Assembly: GCA_944326795.1 (NCBI GenBank)
Contig: CALVFJ010000001.1
Location: 16,795 to 80,794, forward strand
Length of the DNA: 64,000 nt
Source of the DNA: an uncultured Erysipelotrichaceae bacterium
GTDB lineage: Bacteria; Bacillota_I; Bacilli_A; Erysipelotrichales; Erysipelotrichaceae
Direction of reading: 5' to 3'
Below, piece by piece: positions 41,737 to 52,107 of the stretch. A program made the position numbers and the translations under genes. Numbering within the stretch: the first letter of the stretch is position 1; the number at the start of each line of letters is the position of its first letter. Below the pieces are notes generated by a model. It saw only the letters and a list, made by a program, of their open reading frames with translations, did no database searches and was not told where the DNA came from.

Positions 41737-42963
41737 ATGAAATATAGAGATGATATAAAAAAGATCAAGCCATTATTGATTGCGATAACTTACTTTGTGT
41801 TCTTGATCTTTATGGTAGTAAATTTTAATACGATAGCGGGATGGATCTCTAAATTTTTGCGCTTGCTGACACCATTTTTTTATGGGGTAGGTATTGCCTT
41901 TGTTTTGAATATCCCGATGCGCCGCTGTGAGGAATTCATTGTTAAACATACCAAGCCAACAAATTTAATCTATAAGAAAAAAAGAGGTATAGCGATCATA
42001 TTCGCGATTATCGTCATGTTTGCTGTCATAGGTTTATTTATGTCGATCATTATTCCTCAGCTTTTCATTACAATTGTGAATCTTATCAATAACTTAGCGA
42101 GGTATGCTAATAGTTTGTTAGGCAATATCAACCAAGTGTTTGAATTTTTACATTTAGATCCTTTGGAATTTACTGTTAACGGTGATCTGATCAACGAGAT
42201 CATGAAAAGCTTTGGTATCGATATGACCAATCTGTCAACGACGATCAACAATGTTGTTTCGGGTATTTCTAGCGCTGGGTTTTCCATCGTAAATAATATT
42301 GGTAAAGTTATCGGTGAATTAGGAAATTGGTTCATGGGCTTCATGCTTAGCATTTATTTGCTTGGTTCCAAAGAAACTTTTATTCGTCAGATCAAGAAGG
42401 TAGTTGCTTCGATTTTTAGATATGATGTTTGTCAAGATATTTTGGCGGTTAGCTCAAAGATCAATGAGATCTTTAATAATTTTATATCTGGTCAGCTTTT
42501 AGAGGCTTTGATCATCGGTGGTTTGATCTATGTTGCGTTATTGCTATTTAAAATGCCATTTGCGATCTTGATCGGGGCGGTTGCCAGCGTGATGGCATTG
42601 GTTCCGGTCTTTGGACCAACCTTAGCGTGTTTTATTGGCTTTATTTTGATACTGTCCGTAAATCCGTTGCAGGCAGTATTGTTTGTTATCGTGTATCAAA
42701 CCGTGCAGCAAATCGAGAATACAGTAATTTATCCTAAAGTAGTAGGTAGTTCTGTAGGTCTTCCGGGCATTTGGACCTTATTATCAATCGTAGTTTTTGG
42801 TGGCTTATTTGGCGTGATCGGTATGTTGCTGGCAGTACCATTTACAGCTTGCGTCTATACTTTTGGTTCAATGTTGGTCAATCAGTCATTGCGCCGCAAA
42901 CGTTTGAATGTTAGCAGTGAAAAAGTTGAAGTAGTTACTGCTCATGAAGATAATGAGCATTAA
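41737..42963 (+). CDS. AI-2E family (PerM/YdiK-like) transporter
   Basis: 408 aa with ~8 TM helices. The conserved C-terminal QQIENTVIYPKVVG block is present. Confidence 0.85.
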   Translation: MKYRDDIKKIKPLLIAITYFVFLIFMVVNFNTIAGWISKFLRLLTPFFYGVGIAFVLNIPMRRCEEFIVKHTKPTNLIYKKKRGIAIIFAIIVMFAVIGLFMSIIIPQLFITIVNLINNLARYANSLLGNINQVFEFLHLDPLEFTVNGDLINEIMKSFGIDMTNLSTTINNVVSGISSAGFSIVNNIGKVIGELGNWFMGFMLSIYLLGSKETFIRQIKKVVASIFRYDVCQDILAVSSKINEIFNNFISGQLLEALIIGGLIYVALLLFKMPFAILIGAVASVMALVPVFGPTLACFIGFILILSVNPLQAVLFVIVYQTVQQIENTVIYPKVVGSSVGLPGIWTLLSIVVFGGLFGVIGMLLAVPFTACVYTFGSMLVNQSLRRKRLNVSSEKVEVVTAHEDNEH

Positions 42964-43113
42964 GGGTGAGATAACTTATTAAGCTTTAAGTAATGTCATG
43001 TTCATTGATCTAATGATGGTGAATGTCGTTAGCGTCTTGATAATCTATGTCTTCTTTTATCTATGTTATCGTTTGACCGTTGTTGTATATAAGCGTACTG
43101 GTAACTTAAAATA

Positions 43114-43136
43114 AAAAAGCACATTTTGTGCTTTTT
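43114..43136 (-). terminator. Terminator after the HMA/deoD operon
   Basis: AAAAAGCAC-ATTTT-GTGCTTTTT perfect stem with flanking A and T runs, immediately past the stop at 43140. Confidence 0.6.
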
Positions 43137-43139
43137 TAT

Positions 43140-43313
43140 TTATTCAACATTATAACCGGCAGCGCTGATTAATTCTCTTGCTGTTTTTTCATCAGCTGCA
43201 TTGATCTCAACTTCTTTGCGTTCTAGATCGATCTTATGTTCGATAGCTGCTAGCGCTTTATCGATGGTCTTTACGCAATGTTGACACATCATATCGTTAA
43301 CTTTAAGCTTCAT
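43140..43313 (-). CDS. Small heavy-metal-associated (HMA, CopZ-like) domain protein
   Basis: 57 aa, MKLKVNDMMCQHCVKTIDKAL..., with an MxCxxC metal-binding motif. Its ATG overlaps the deoD 3' end by 11 nt. Confidence 0.6.
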   Translation of the reverse strand: MKLKVNDMMCQHCVKTIDKALAAIEHKIDLERKEVEINAADEKTARELISAAGYNVE

Positions 43314-44022
43314 AAGTTGCTGCCTCAAGTGCAATTTTCATCATATTGGTAAAAGATTGTTCTCTTTCTTGGGCGGTAGTGATCTCAGGAGAAACGAAGC
43401 TATCTGAGATGGTCAATAAGCATGCGGCATTTTTGCCAGTTACCTTTGCATTATGGAATAGTGCAAAGCTTTCCATTTCTACGCATTTGCAGCCATGGAC
43501 ATTGACAAGATCATTTACATAATCGGTATTTCCTTCACGATAGAAAACATCAGAGCTATGGATCGTAGCTACGGTCAAAGGAATTTCAACACGTTTAGCA
43601 GCTGCGATGATCTTTTCGTTTAGCTCAGCTGAAGGATAGGTCTTTGCTTCTTCATATCCAGATTGTGTTTTTGCAAAGCTGCTTTCGGAAAAAGCGGAAT
43701 CTGCTAATACGACATCAAATATCTTTAATTCAGGACTATATGAACCTGCTGATCCGATACGAATGATATTTTCGACATCATATTGGGTAAATAATTCATA
43801 TGAGTAGATGCCAATGCTTGGCATGCCCATACCTGAACCCATGACCGATACTTTCTTGCCGTTATAATATCCGGTATAGCCAAACATATTACGCACGGTA
43901 TTAAATTGTACGATATCAGTTAAAAATGTTTCCGCAATGAACTTTGCACGCAAAGGATCTCCCGGCATCAATACGGTCTTAGCAATATCACCTTTATTAG
44001 CGCTGTTGTGTGGTGTAGACAT
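43303..44022 (-). CDS. deoD: Purine nucleoside phosphorylase, DeoD type
   Basis: TPH....GDIA..VLMPGDPLRAK, SVMGSGMGMPS and CVEMES motifs. Confidence 0.9.
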   Translation of the reverse strand: MSTPHNSANKGDIAKTVLMPGDPLRAKFIAETFLTDIVQFNTVRNMFGYTGYYNGKKVSVMGSGMGMPSIGIYSYELFTQYDVENIIRIGSAGSYSPELKIFDVVLADSAFSESSFAKTQSGYEEAKTYPSAELNEKIIAAAKRVEIPLTVATIHSSDVFYREGNTDYVNDLVNVHGCKCVEMESFALFHNAKVTGKNAACLLTISDSFVSPEITTAQEREQSFTNMMKIALEAATYEA

Positions 44023-44058
44023 AAATTACCTCCTAAATTCGTTTTAATTATATCATAT

Positions 44059-44790
44059 TTATCTAAATTGATACATACATATGCCAGCGGCGACAGCTAC
44101 ATTTAATGATTCAAAATTATGCATCTCGATGATGATATTTTGATCACATGCTTGCATTATTTCAGATGATACGCCATTGCCTTCATTGCCAAAAACAAGC
44201 GCCAAGGGATAGATAGGCTTGATAGTGCTTAAAGGGGCAGCCTCTTTTAAGCTGGTAGCATAAATCGTAAAACCTTGCTTATGCAAGTCATCGATCAAGG
44301 GCAGCAAAGGAACTTGGATGACATTTAAATGAAACAAGGCTCCTTGCGTAGAGCGGATGAGCTTATCGTTATATAGATCGGTAGCGTTTGGGGACATAAT
44401 GATCGTATCAAAGCCAAAGCTATAAGCGCTGCGAATGATTGTGCCGATATTGCCAGGATCTTGCAGATCATCGAGGATGATTATCTTGTTAGTGCTTAGA
44501 TCTAGCTTTTTAGAAGGCATACGGCAGATTGCCATGATCTTTTCGACAGATTCATGCATGCTTATTTTTTCCATGATCGCTGGAGTTACGCTATATTCTT
44601 CATATTGACCATGATAGGGATTGAATGTTCCTTCTTTGATGATGATGGCTTCGATCAGGTTGGCTTTGTGGGCTTCTTCGATCAAATGCAAACCTTCGAT
44701 CAAAAAACGTTGATCTTGGGTACGGTATTTTTTTTGGTGATATTTATGCCATTGTTTTACCTTGGCATTGGTTAAAGATGTTATCTGCAT
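44059..44790 (-). CDS. TrmH/SpoU-family RNA 2'-O-methyltransferase
   Basis: An N-terminal substrate-binding domain (FLIEGLHLIEEA) is followed by SPOUT motifs DDLQDPGNIGTIIRSA, VFGNEGNGVS and SLNVAVAAGI. Confidence 0.8.
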   Translation of the reverse strand: MQITSLTNAKVKQWHKYHQKKYRTQDQRFLIEGLHLIEEAHKANLIEAIIIKEGTFNPYHGQYEEYSVTPAIMEKISMHESVEKIMAICRMPSKKLDLSTNKIIILDDLQDPGNIGTIIRSAYSFGFDTIIMSPNATDLYNDKLIRSTQGALFHLNVIQVPLLPLIDDLHKQGFTIYATSLKEAAPLSTIKPIYPLALVFGNEGNGVSSEIMQACDQNIIIEMHNFESLNVAVAAGICMYQFR

Positions 44791-44907
44791 ATAAATTACC
44801 TCGATAATATTATACTTTATTTTTCTAAAATTATAGATTTGAATATCGAATATCGGACGGTAAATGTTTATTGTGCTATACTATATAGGAAAAGGTGGAA
44901 TTTTCCT

Positions 44908-45336
44908 ATGTATAAGATTTTTAATACGAATGCAATTACGAAGAAACAACGCTTTAATCGCGCTTTGTTATGTGGGAGCATAGCCGCAGTGGCATTAGGT
45001 TTGGTTTATGGCATTTTTTCTTCGCTGATCCATATTGAGTTTTCGATCGTATATCTAGCGATAGGCTATGCGATCGCTAAGGTGGTGTTGGAGTATGGCA
45101 AAGGGGTGCAGGTGCGTTTTAGCGTGCTGGCGGCAGTGTTATGTGTTATCAGCATCTTTATCGGTGATATGATCTCGATGTTTGGGTTTAGATTTTTATT
45201 GATTCCTCAGCTTTATGGTACGATCTTGAGCGTTTATCTACGCAGTTTGTTGGCAATGGATATCAGCTCGCTTTTAGGCTTGCTGTTTAGAGCTGGCGGA
45301 GTCTATATGGCATATATTTATGCAAGGGTGGTGTAG
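44908..45336 (+). CDS. Membrane protein, function unknown
   Basis: ATG follows AAAGGTGG. 142 aa with ~4 TM helices. It ends 4 nt before alr. Confidence 0.5.
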   Translation: MYKIFNTNAITKKQRFNRALLCGSIAAVALGLVYGIFSSLIHIEFSIVYLAIGYAIAKVVLEYGKGVQVRFSVLAAVLCVISIFIGDMISMFGFRFLLIPQLYGTILSVYLRSLLAMDISSLLGLLFRAGGVYMAYIYARVV

Positions 45337-45339
45337 ATA

Positions 45340-46434
45340 ATGTTAAGAAAAACCTGGATGGAGATCAATCTTGATAATCTTCATCATAATTGCCGATACT
45401 TTATCGAACATACACACAAAAAATTAATTGCGGTAATCAAAGCAAATGGCTATGGCTGTGGTGATGAACAGGTAGCTAAGGTGGCTTTGGAAGCTGGAGC
45501 TTGCATGTTGGCGGTTTCTAGCCTTGATGAAGCTATGGCCTTGCGTAATTGTGGGATCACTGCGCCGATCTTGATCTTAGGTTATGTGGAGCCGCAGGAT
45601 GCTTCGTTATTGATAGCCCATGATATTGCTACAAGTGCGGTAAGTTTGGAGTGGGTCAAGGAATTGGTCAAGCAAGATGTTGCTCAGCTAAAGGTTCATT
45701 TAAAAGTTGATACGGGGATGAATCGTATTGGTATCAAAGATATCGAAGAGCTTAAAACGGCTTATGCATTGCTTAAGGATGCAAAGGTCGAGGTGGAAGG
45801 AATCTTTACCCATTATGCCTGCAGCGATCAACAGCCACAGTTCAAGACCGATGCTCAATTTGCTGCTTTTAAAGCAGCATATGACGCGTTAGGCGTTAAT
45901 TTTACTTATGTGCATTGTGATAATTCCGATGCTGCTTTGACTTATCCGGAAGATCTTACCAATACGATAAGAGCTGGGATCGGCATTTATGGTTATAGCA
46001 GCTATCCTAGCGGCTTAAAAGGGGTAGTTAGCTTATACACCACGATCATCAATGTTAAGACAGTACATCCTGATGAAACGATCGGCTATGGTGCAACCTA
46101 TACCTGTAATGAGGAAGAAATCATCGCAACTTTGCCGATTGGCTACGCTGATGGTTTTATCAGACGCAACAGTGGACGTAAGGTATATGTAGATGGATAT
46201 TATGTACCGATCGTAGGTAGGATATGCATGGATCAATGTATGATAAAGCTGCCATTAAAATTACCGGTAGGAACAATCGTAGAACTTATCGGTGAAAATG
46301 TATCGATCGAAGAAATGGCCAATGATCTGGATACCATCATTCATGAGATCATTACTAATTTTAATGAGCGCTTGACCAGACGCTATATCAAAAATGGTCA
46401 GGAATATTTGATCGTTAATAAGAGGGTCTTTTGA
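45340..46434 (+). CDS. alr: Alanine racemase
   Basis: The AVIKANGYGCG PLP-lysine motif, HLKVDTGMNRIG and GYADG...R..V...G....G.ICMDQ.M blocks. Confidence 0.9.
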   Translation: MLRKTWMEINLDNLHHNCRYFIEHTHKKLIAVIKANGYGCGDEQVAKVALEAGACMLAVSSLDEAMALRNCGITAPILILGYVEPQDASLLIAHDIATSAVSLEWVKELVKQDVAQLKVHLKVDTGMNRIGIKDIEELKTAYALLKDAKVEVEGIFTHYACSDQQPQFKTDAQFAAFKAAYDALGVNFTYVHCDNSDAALTYPEDLTNTIRAGIGIYGYSSYPSGLKGVVSLYTTIINVKTVHPDETIGYGATYTCNEEEIIATLPIGYADGFIRRNSGRKVYVDGYYVPIVGRICMDQCMIKLPLKLPVGTIVELIGENVSIEEMANDLDTIIHEIITNFNERLTRRYIKNGQEYLIVNKRVF

Positions 46435-46445
46435 TCCTCTTTTTG
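46421..46445 (+). terminator. Candidate alr terminator overlapping the stop codon
   Basis: AGAGGGTC-TTTT-GATCCTCT (one G.U pair) followed by TTTT. Confidence 0.45.
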
Positions 46446-46450
46446 TTAGC

Positions 46451-46480
46451 ATAAAAAAACCATGATGTCTTATCATGGTT
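46451..46480 (-). terminator. Terminator of the minus-strand phosphoesterase gene
   Basis: AACCATGAT-N5-ATCATGGTT. On the minus strand it is followed by T7. It overlaps the gene's stop codon. Confidence 0.55.
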
Positions 46481-47012
46481 AATCAAGCTTAGTTTGCATA
46501 TATAGATGATGATCGGTATCATAGATGGAAAAATGATCATCATCGATGATCGCATAGGTGTTAGGATGACCGTTTTTGGCTAAAGCGATCGATCCTGGAT
46601 TCAACATGTGATCAGTAGTTGTTGGAACATGGGTATGTCCTGATAACAAATAATCATTTGCTTCCATGGTCGGCTTAGCTTGAGGGCCATAGTGATGGCC
46701 GTGGGTCAAGAAAAACTTGCGTTCATTGATAAATAAGATGTTGTAATCTGCCAAGATGGGAAATTCTAGGACCATTTGATCAACTTCAGCATCACAATTG
46801 CCTCTAACGGCAATGATCTTATCTTTTAAAGGATTTAATAATTTGATGACTTCTTTTGGGGCATAGGTTGATGGCAGATCATTGCGGGGACCATGATATA
46901 AGATATCGCCTAAACAGATGATCATGTCACAATGATGAAGCTGAAAGGCTTCGATCGCACATAACGCTCCGCTTTTGGCGCCATGGATATCCGATATAAC
47001 TAAATATTTCAT
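46479..47012 (-). CDS. YfcE/MJ0936-family metallophosphoesterase
   Basis: ISDIHG, GDILYHGPRN, VRGNCD and THGH motifs of calcineurin-like phosphoesterases. Confidence 0.8.
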   Translation of the reverse strand: MKYLVISDIHGAKSGALCAIEAFQLHHCDMIICLGDILYHGPRNDLPSTYAPKEVIKLLNPLKDKIIAVRGNCDAEVDQMVLEFPILADYNILFINERKFFLTHGHHYGPQAKPTMEANDYLLSGHTHVPTTTDHMLNPGSIALAKNGHPNTYAIIDDDHFSIYDTDHHLYMQTKLD

Positions 47013-47050
47013 TGCAGCGTGCTCCTTATTTCTATGCTATAATTTATACC

Positions 47051-48286
47051 ATGAAAAAGATTATGATGACAATAATAGTTTGCTTTTTTTTATTTTTCGG
47101 GCAAACATTTAGATTACAAGCAGCTGAGATACCATTTGCGTTGGAAGCTGAATATGTGTATATGATCAATATCGATACGAAAGAAGTAATGTATGAAAAG
47201 AATGCTTATGCGAAGATGTATCCAGCCAGCATGACCAAGATCATGACTGCGATCGTCGCTATTGAAGCAATTGATGATCTAGATGAAACGATAACAATCA
47301 CAGCGCAGATGATGGCTGGCCTATATGAAGCTAATGCCAGCATGGCAGGATTTCAGATCGGCAACATCGTTACTTACCGTGATCTTTTATATGGCGTATT
47401 ATTGCCTAGTGGCGCTGAATGTACGCAAGCCTTGGCTTATAGCTTGTTTGGCAATGTTGAAAGCTTTGTTGCCAAGATGAATGAAAAAGCTAAAGAACTG
47501 GGCATGAATGATACGCACTTCGTTAATACGACCGGGCTTCATGATGAAGACCATTATTCGACCTGTTATGATCTAAGCTTATTGCTAAGTTATGCTATCG
47601 AAGATCCAACTTTTTATGAGATCTTTACCAGCAAAGAATATACTAGTACCAATGGCTTGAAGATGCAAAGCAGCAGTTTGAGCTATTTAGGCCAGGGTGC
47701 GCATATGATCGGAGCCAAGACCGGATTCACCAATCCGGCTGGTCGCTGCTTAGCATCTATTAGCGACGGAAATGAGCGCTATATGATCATCCTAGGGAAA
47801 GCACCAAATGATGCTGCGATTTCTAAGGCCTTGGTCGAAAGCAATCAGTTATACGATTATTTTTATGATAATTATCATTATCAAACGATCTATGCGCAAG
47901 ATGAACTGATCAAAAAAATCAAGATCCGCTACAGCATCAGCGATCATGACTACGATATCAGGTCAGACCGCCCGATAGCGTTAACCACTTATAATGAGTA
48001 TGAGGTAACCATAGATATCCCAGATGAATTGATCGCACCGATCTTCAAAGGCGATATTTTAGGACAAGTAGTAGTTAAAGGAGCAGATGATACGATCACT
48101 TCGTTTGATATCATTGCCCAAAAGGATATCAAGACCAATTTTTTGCTTATAACTTTTTGGGGAATAATTGCTTTTTGTCTAGAAAATACCCATGCTGCCA
48201 TCAATATCACGATCATCATCATTTTGTTGTTGATCATCATCAAGTTAGCGCTTGGCTTTAAGACCAAGAAAAAACAAAGCAGCTAA
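47051..48286 (+). CDS. D-alanyl-D-alanine carboxypeptidase (S11, PBP5-type) with a C-terminal membrane anchor
   Basis: Signal peptide, SxxK motif PASMTKIM, SGA (SxN-like) and KTGFT (KTG) motifs, and a hydrophobic C-terminal helix. Confidence 0.85.
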   Translation: MKKIMMTIIVCFFLFFGQTFRLQAAEIPFALEAEYVYMINIDTKEVMYEKNAYAKMYPASMTKIMTAIVAIEAIDDLDETITITAQMMAGLYEANASMAGFQIGNIVTYRDLLYGVLLPSGAECTQALAYSLFGNVESFVAKMNEKAKELGMNDTHFVNTTGLHDEDHYSTCYDLSLLLSYAIEDPTFYEIFTSKEYTSTNGLKMQSSSLSYLGQGAHMIGAKTGFTNPAGRCLASISDGNERYMIILGKAPNDAAISKALVESNQLYDYFYDNYHYQTIYAQDELIKKIKIRYSISDHDYDIRSDRPIALTTYNEYEVTIDIPDELIAPIFKGDILGQVVVKGADDTITSFDIIAQKDIKTNFLLITFWGIIAFCLENTHAAINITIIIILLLIIIKLALGFKTKKKQSS

Positions 48287-48295
48287 AAGAACAAG

Positions 48296-48338
48296 AAAGC
48301 CTTTACTAGCATGATAAAGCTGATGAAAAGGCTTTTTT
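48296..48338 (+). terminator. Terminator after the carboxypeptidase gene
   Basis: AAAGCCTTT ... AAAGGCTTT stem with a ~22-nt loop, followed by T6. Confidence 0.5.
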
Positions 48339-48429
48339 AGGTTATATGATAAGAGAAAATCAATAAATAATATTGTTTTTTATGCCTAAAAAAGCTATAA
48401 TAAACGACGTTTGAAAGGACCTTTTGCCT

Positions 48430-50262
48430 ATGGAATATACGAAAATTTTAAACATTGCCGTAATAGCCCATGTTGATGCTGGAAAATCAACATTGGTAGA
48501 TGCTTTTTTAAATCAAAGTCATGTTTTTAGAGATAATGAAGAAGTAGTAGACTGCGTGATGGATAGCAACGATCTAGAACGTGAAAGAGGAATTACGATC
48601 TATTCTAAAAACTGTAGCGTTACATATAAAGATTATAAGATCAATATCGTCGATACCCCAGGACATGCTGACTTCTCAAGTGAGGTTGAACGTATCATCA
48701 AGACCGTAGATACGGTTATCTTATTGGTAGATTCAAGCGAAGGACCAATGCCCCAAACACGTTTTGTCTTGCAAAAATCATTGGAAAGCGGTTTGCGCCC
48801 AATTTTGTTGATCAATAAGATCGATAAGAAAGATGCTCGGGTAAACGAAGTTATCGATGAAGTTTATGAGTTGTTTTTAGATCTAAATGCCAATGATGAA
48901 CAATTGGATTTCCCGATCCTTTACGGTATAGCCCGCGAAGGTATCGTTCGCTATGATATGGAAGATACCAATACCGATATCGTACCATTATTCGAAACGA
49001 TCTTAAAACACTGTCAGCCATATCCTAATTTGCTAGATGAGCCAGCACAGATGCAGGTATCAGCTTTAGCATATGATGATTATATCGGCCGTTTAGGTAT
49101 CGGTAGGGTATATCGTGGAACCTTAAAAGCGAATACGACCTATACGGTATGCGATCCAGATCAAAAAAATAAGAAATGCAAGGTCGGACAGATCTTTGTT
49201 TATAAAGGATTGAGCCGAATTTCGGTCGATGAAGCTCAATGCGGAGAAATCGTTATTGTCAGCGGTATCAGCGATATCGGTATCGGTGAAACGATCTGTG
49301 ATGTAAACATGGTAGATCCATTGCCATCGATCGATATCGAAGAACCAACATTATCAATGAACTTCATGGTCAACAGCTCACCATTTGCTGGTCAAACTGG
49401 TAAATATGTTACCAGTCGTAATATCCGTGAACGATTAGAAAAAGAATTAGAAGTAAACGTTGGATTGCGAGTCGAAGAAACGGATTCAACAGATTGCTTC
49501 AAGGTTTCTGGCCGTGGAGAACTGCATCTATCGATCTTATTAGAAAACATGCGACGTGAAGGCTATGAGGTAGCCGTATCGAAACCACAGGTAATCTTTA
49601 AGAAAATCGATGGTGCCTTGTGTGAACCAGTAGAAGAGGTCGTATGTTCAGTGCCAAACGAATACTCAGGAACGGTTATTAATAAGCTGAATCTGCGCAA
49701 AGGGCAAATGGTAAATATCGAAGATGAAGGAAGCTATACACGCATAACTTATCTGGTCGCAACCAGGGCCTTGTTAGGTTATCGTGGTGAATTTATCAAT
49801 GATACCCGTGGAGAAGGAACGATGGTCAAACGTTTATCAGGATATGAACCATATAAAGGTGAGATCCCGCAGCGTGAAAATGGTGCTTTGATCTCCACCG
49901 AAACTGGCAACGCCATGACTTATGCATTATGGAATATCCAAGAGCGTGGGCAGCTGTTCATTTCGCCACAAACCCCAGTTTATGAAGGTATGATCATTGG
50001 TCGGGCTAGCCGCAATATGGATATGGAAGTAAATCCGATCAAAAATAAGAAGATGACAGCCGTAAGATCGACGGGAAATGATGAAGCGATGAAATTGGTT
50101 CCGCCAAAGATCATGTCGTTGGAAGAAGCTATCGAATTCATCAATGATGAGGAGCTGGTGGAATTAACGCCAACAGATATCCGTATCCGCAAAAAATATC
50201 TAACCAATCTGGAAAGAAGACAACATTTAAGAGCGATCAAAGCTCAAGAAGAACAAGACTAG
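48430..50262 (+). CDS. typA: Translational GTPase TypA/BipA
   Basis: NIAVIAHVDAGKSTLVD G1 motif, DTPGHADF, NKIDK. The domain order and length (610 aa) are typical of BipA. Confidence 0.95.
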   Translation: MEYTKILNIAVIAHVDAGKSTLVDAFLNQSHVFRDNEEVVDCVMDSNDLERERGITIYSKNCSVTYKDYKINIVDTPGHADFSSEVERIIKTVDTVILLVDSSEGPMPQTRFVLQKSLESGLRPILLINKIDKKDARVNEVIDEVYELFLDLNANDEQLDFPILYGIAREGIVRYDMEDTNTDIVPLFETILKHCQPYPNLLDEPAQMQVSALAYDDYIGRLGIGRVYRGTLKANTTYTVCDPDQKNKKCKVGQIFVYKGLSRISVDEAQCGEIVIVSGISDIGIGETICDVNMVDPLPSIDIEEPTLSMNFMVNSSPFAGQTGKYVTSRNIRERLEKELEVNVGLRVEETDSTDCFKVSGRGELHLSILLENMRREGYEVAVSKPQVIFKKIDGALCEPVEEVVCSVPNEYSGTVINKLNLRKGQMVNIEDEGSYTRITYLVATRALLGYRGEFINDTRGEGTMVKRLSGYEPYKGEIPQRENGALISTETGNAMTYALWNIQERGQLFISPQTPVYEGMIIGRASRNMDMEVNPIKNKKMTAVRSTGNDEAMKLVPPKIMSLEEAIEFINDEELVELTPTDIRIRKKYLTNLERRQHLRAIKAQEEQD

Positions 50263-50291
50263 AAACATCGTATGATGTTTCTTTTTCTTTT
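50261..50291 (+). terminator. typA terminator
   Basis: AGAAACATC-GTAT-GATGTTTCT perfect 9-bp stem followed by TTTTCTTTT. Confidence 0.7.
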
Positions 50292-50343
50292 ATTCCTGCT
50301 AATTTTGCGTTATCCTTATGGTAGAAGAAAAAGAGGTACAACA

Positions 50344-51282
50344 ATGTTGAATATCGGACTGATCGGAATCGGACAGATTGCCAAGCGGGCAGCCAATGGC
50401 ATAAATTTAGCCGCCAATGCTCAGCTTTATGCGGTTGCTTCACGCAGCATGGCAAAAGCTCAAGCATTTGCGCAAGAGCATCATGCCATAAAGGTCTATG
50501 ATGACTATGAAAAGTTATGTCAGGATCCTTTGGTAGCAATGGTATATATCTGTACGCCTAATGTTTATCATAAAGAACATATCATGATGGCCTTGGACCA
50601 TCATAAACATGTTATCTGTGAAAAGCCTATGCTGATGAATATCGAAGATCTTGAAGCATGTTTCGAACATGCTAAAAAGCAGGGCTGTTTTTTGATGGAA
50701 GCTCATAAAACGGTGTTCACACCGTTGAACCATCATTTATTCAATTTGATTTCTGAAGGGATCATTGGCAAGGTGCATTTTATTGAAGGACAGTATGCTA
50801 GTGAGGTCTTGCCATCTAAGAAAAGCATTGCTGATTGGCATTTTCAAAGCGAAGGCGGAGGGTGCTTGTATGATATTGGGGTATATCCGTTGGCGTTTGC
50901 TAATTATTTTGCCAACAGCAAGATCATCGAACATCAAACGATGATCCATAAGGTTGATGGTATCTTCTGCGATCAGGCTCAAGCTATGATCCGCTATGAA
51001 AATGGGATCATGGCGCATATTGCAACCAGCTGGCAGTGTGACATGGTCAACATGGGCTATATCTATGGTGAACTAGGTTATATCGAGTATAAGAATTTTT
51101 GGAAGAATACCCAGGCATATCTGGTCAAAAACGGACAAAGGACCTTGATCGAAGTAAAGATGAAAAGCGATTTTACCGGGGAGATAGAACATGCGGTAGA
51201 ATGTGTTGAAAAAGGCTGGCTGCAAAGCAATGTCATGGGTTTTGTGCAATCAGCTGCGATCTTAGATATCATCAATAAATGA
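50344..51282 (+). CDS. Gfo/Idh/MocA-family NAD(P)-dependent oxidoreductase
   Basis: MLNIGLIGIGQIA Rossmann start and the EKP motif (VICEKPM). I chose ATG 50344 because the ORF-track start 50272 lies inside the typA terminator. Confidence 0.85.
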   Translation: MLNIGLIGIGQIAKRAANGINLAANAQLYAVASRSMAKAQAFAQEHHAIKVYDDYEKLCQDPLVAMVYICTPNVYHKEHIMMALDHHKHVICEKPMLMNIEDLEACFEHAKKQGCFLMEAHKTVFTPLNHHLFNLISEGIIGKVHFIEGQYASEVLPSKKSIADWHFQSEGGGCLYDIGVYPLAFANYFANSKIIEHQTMIHKVDGIFCDQAQAMIRYENGIMAHIATSWQCDMVNMGYIYGELGYIEYKNFWKNTQAYLVKNGQRTLIEVKMKSDFTGEIEHAVECVEKGWLQSNVMGFVQSAAILDIINK

Positions 51283-51632
51283 TAAACGTTAGTTTTTATC
51301 ATTTATATCTTCATCCATATGAAAAGATACAAAATTAATAATCGCTTATAGGCTACTTTTTATCAAGCGCATAAAAAAACTGTAAAAGTCAAGGATATAT
51401 CAATACAACTTAACTTATTACAGTTTTTTTTCTTTTAGAAACTTAGCTGCTAAAAACATCAGAAGATAGGCAATGCGCTTTAATAGATGTATTAATTAAG
51501 CTTATGATCAATACCTTTAATGACCTGTTTTTATTACTATTATATCAAAGGATAAATAAAGCAGCTTTCATAGTTGAACAGCAAAATAGATTATTTATGG
51601 ATTATCATCTTAAGGTTAGTTTGTTACGAGCA

Positions 51633-52097
51633 TTAGCAGTTGTCTCTTGTTTTAAATAGTTTCGCATTCATTTTTTTTACGTTGCTCTTACCTACAACAT
51701 ACATCGTTATCCAGGAAATGGCAAAAATAAATACGAAAATTCCAAAATAGATTAAAAATCCTCTTACACTATGTTCCATCCAATATGCAAGATAAGCGAT
51801 TGGTAGCATTATTATTGAAATGATCGAAAAGTATATTCCTGTTTGCTTAACGATGCTCCAATTATCTATATCCCATATTACTGAGCTTGCGGCAAATCCC
51901 GTTCCGATTATTCCGCTAAGAAGGGTTTGTAAAATTACCGCGTTGATTTCGTTTCCCGTAGCTGATATAAGTTCCGGTACACAAGGTACATAATATCCAT
52001 TTGCCCACCCAAGAGAAATAAATATCGTAATTATATAACCCAATGTAATTCCTAGTGGAAATCCCCAAAGGCTACGCTTGATAATTTGTTTTTTCAT
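51633..52097 (-). CDS. DUF3021-like small membrane protein (4 TM), partner of the LytTR regulator
   Basis: 154 aa with four hydrophobic helices. The gene starts ~10 nt after the LytTR gene stop. The family assignment is from memory of the LytTR/DUF3021 gene pairing. Confidence 0.6.
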   Translation of the reverse strand: MKKQIIKRSLWGFPLGITLGYIITIFISLGWANGYYVPCVPELISATGNEINAVILQTLLSGIIGTGFAASSVIWDIDNWSIVKQTGIYFSIISIIMLPIAYLAYWMEHSVRGFLIYFGIFVFIFAISWITMYVVGKSNVKKMNAKLFKTRDNC

Positions 52098-52107
52098 GAT
52101 ATTCACC

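Noticed and set aside
50272-50343. N-terminal extension of the Gfo/Idh/MocA ORF (MMFLFLLFLL...) that could look like a signal peptide
   Set aside because: These codons lie inside the typA terminator hairpin and T-run. The canonical Rossmann N-terminus MLNIGLIGIG starts at 50344.
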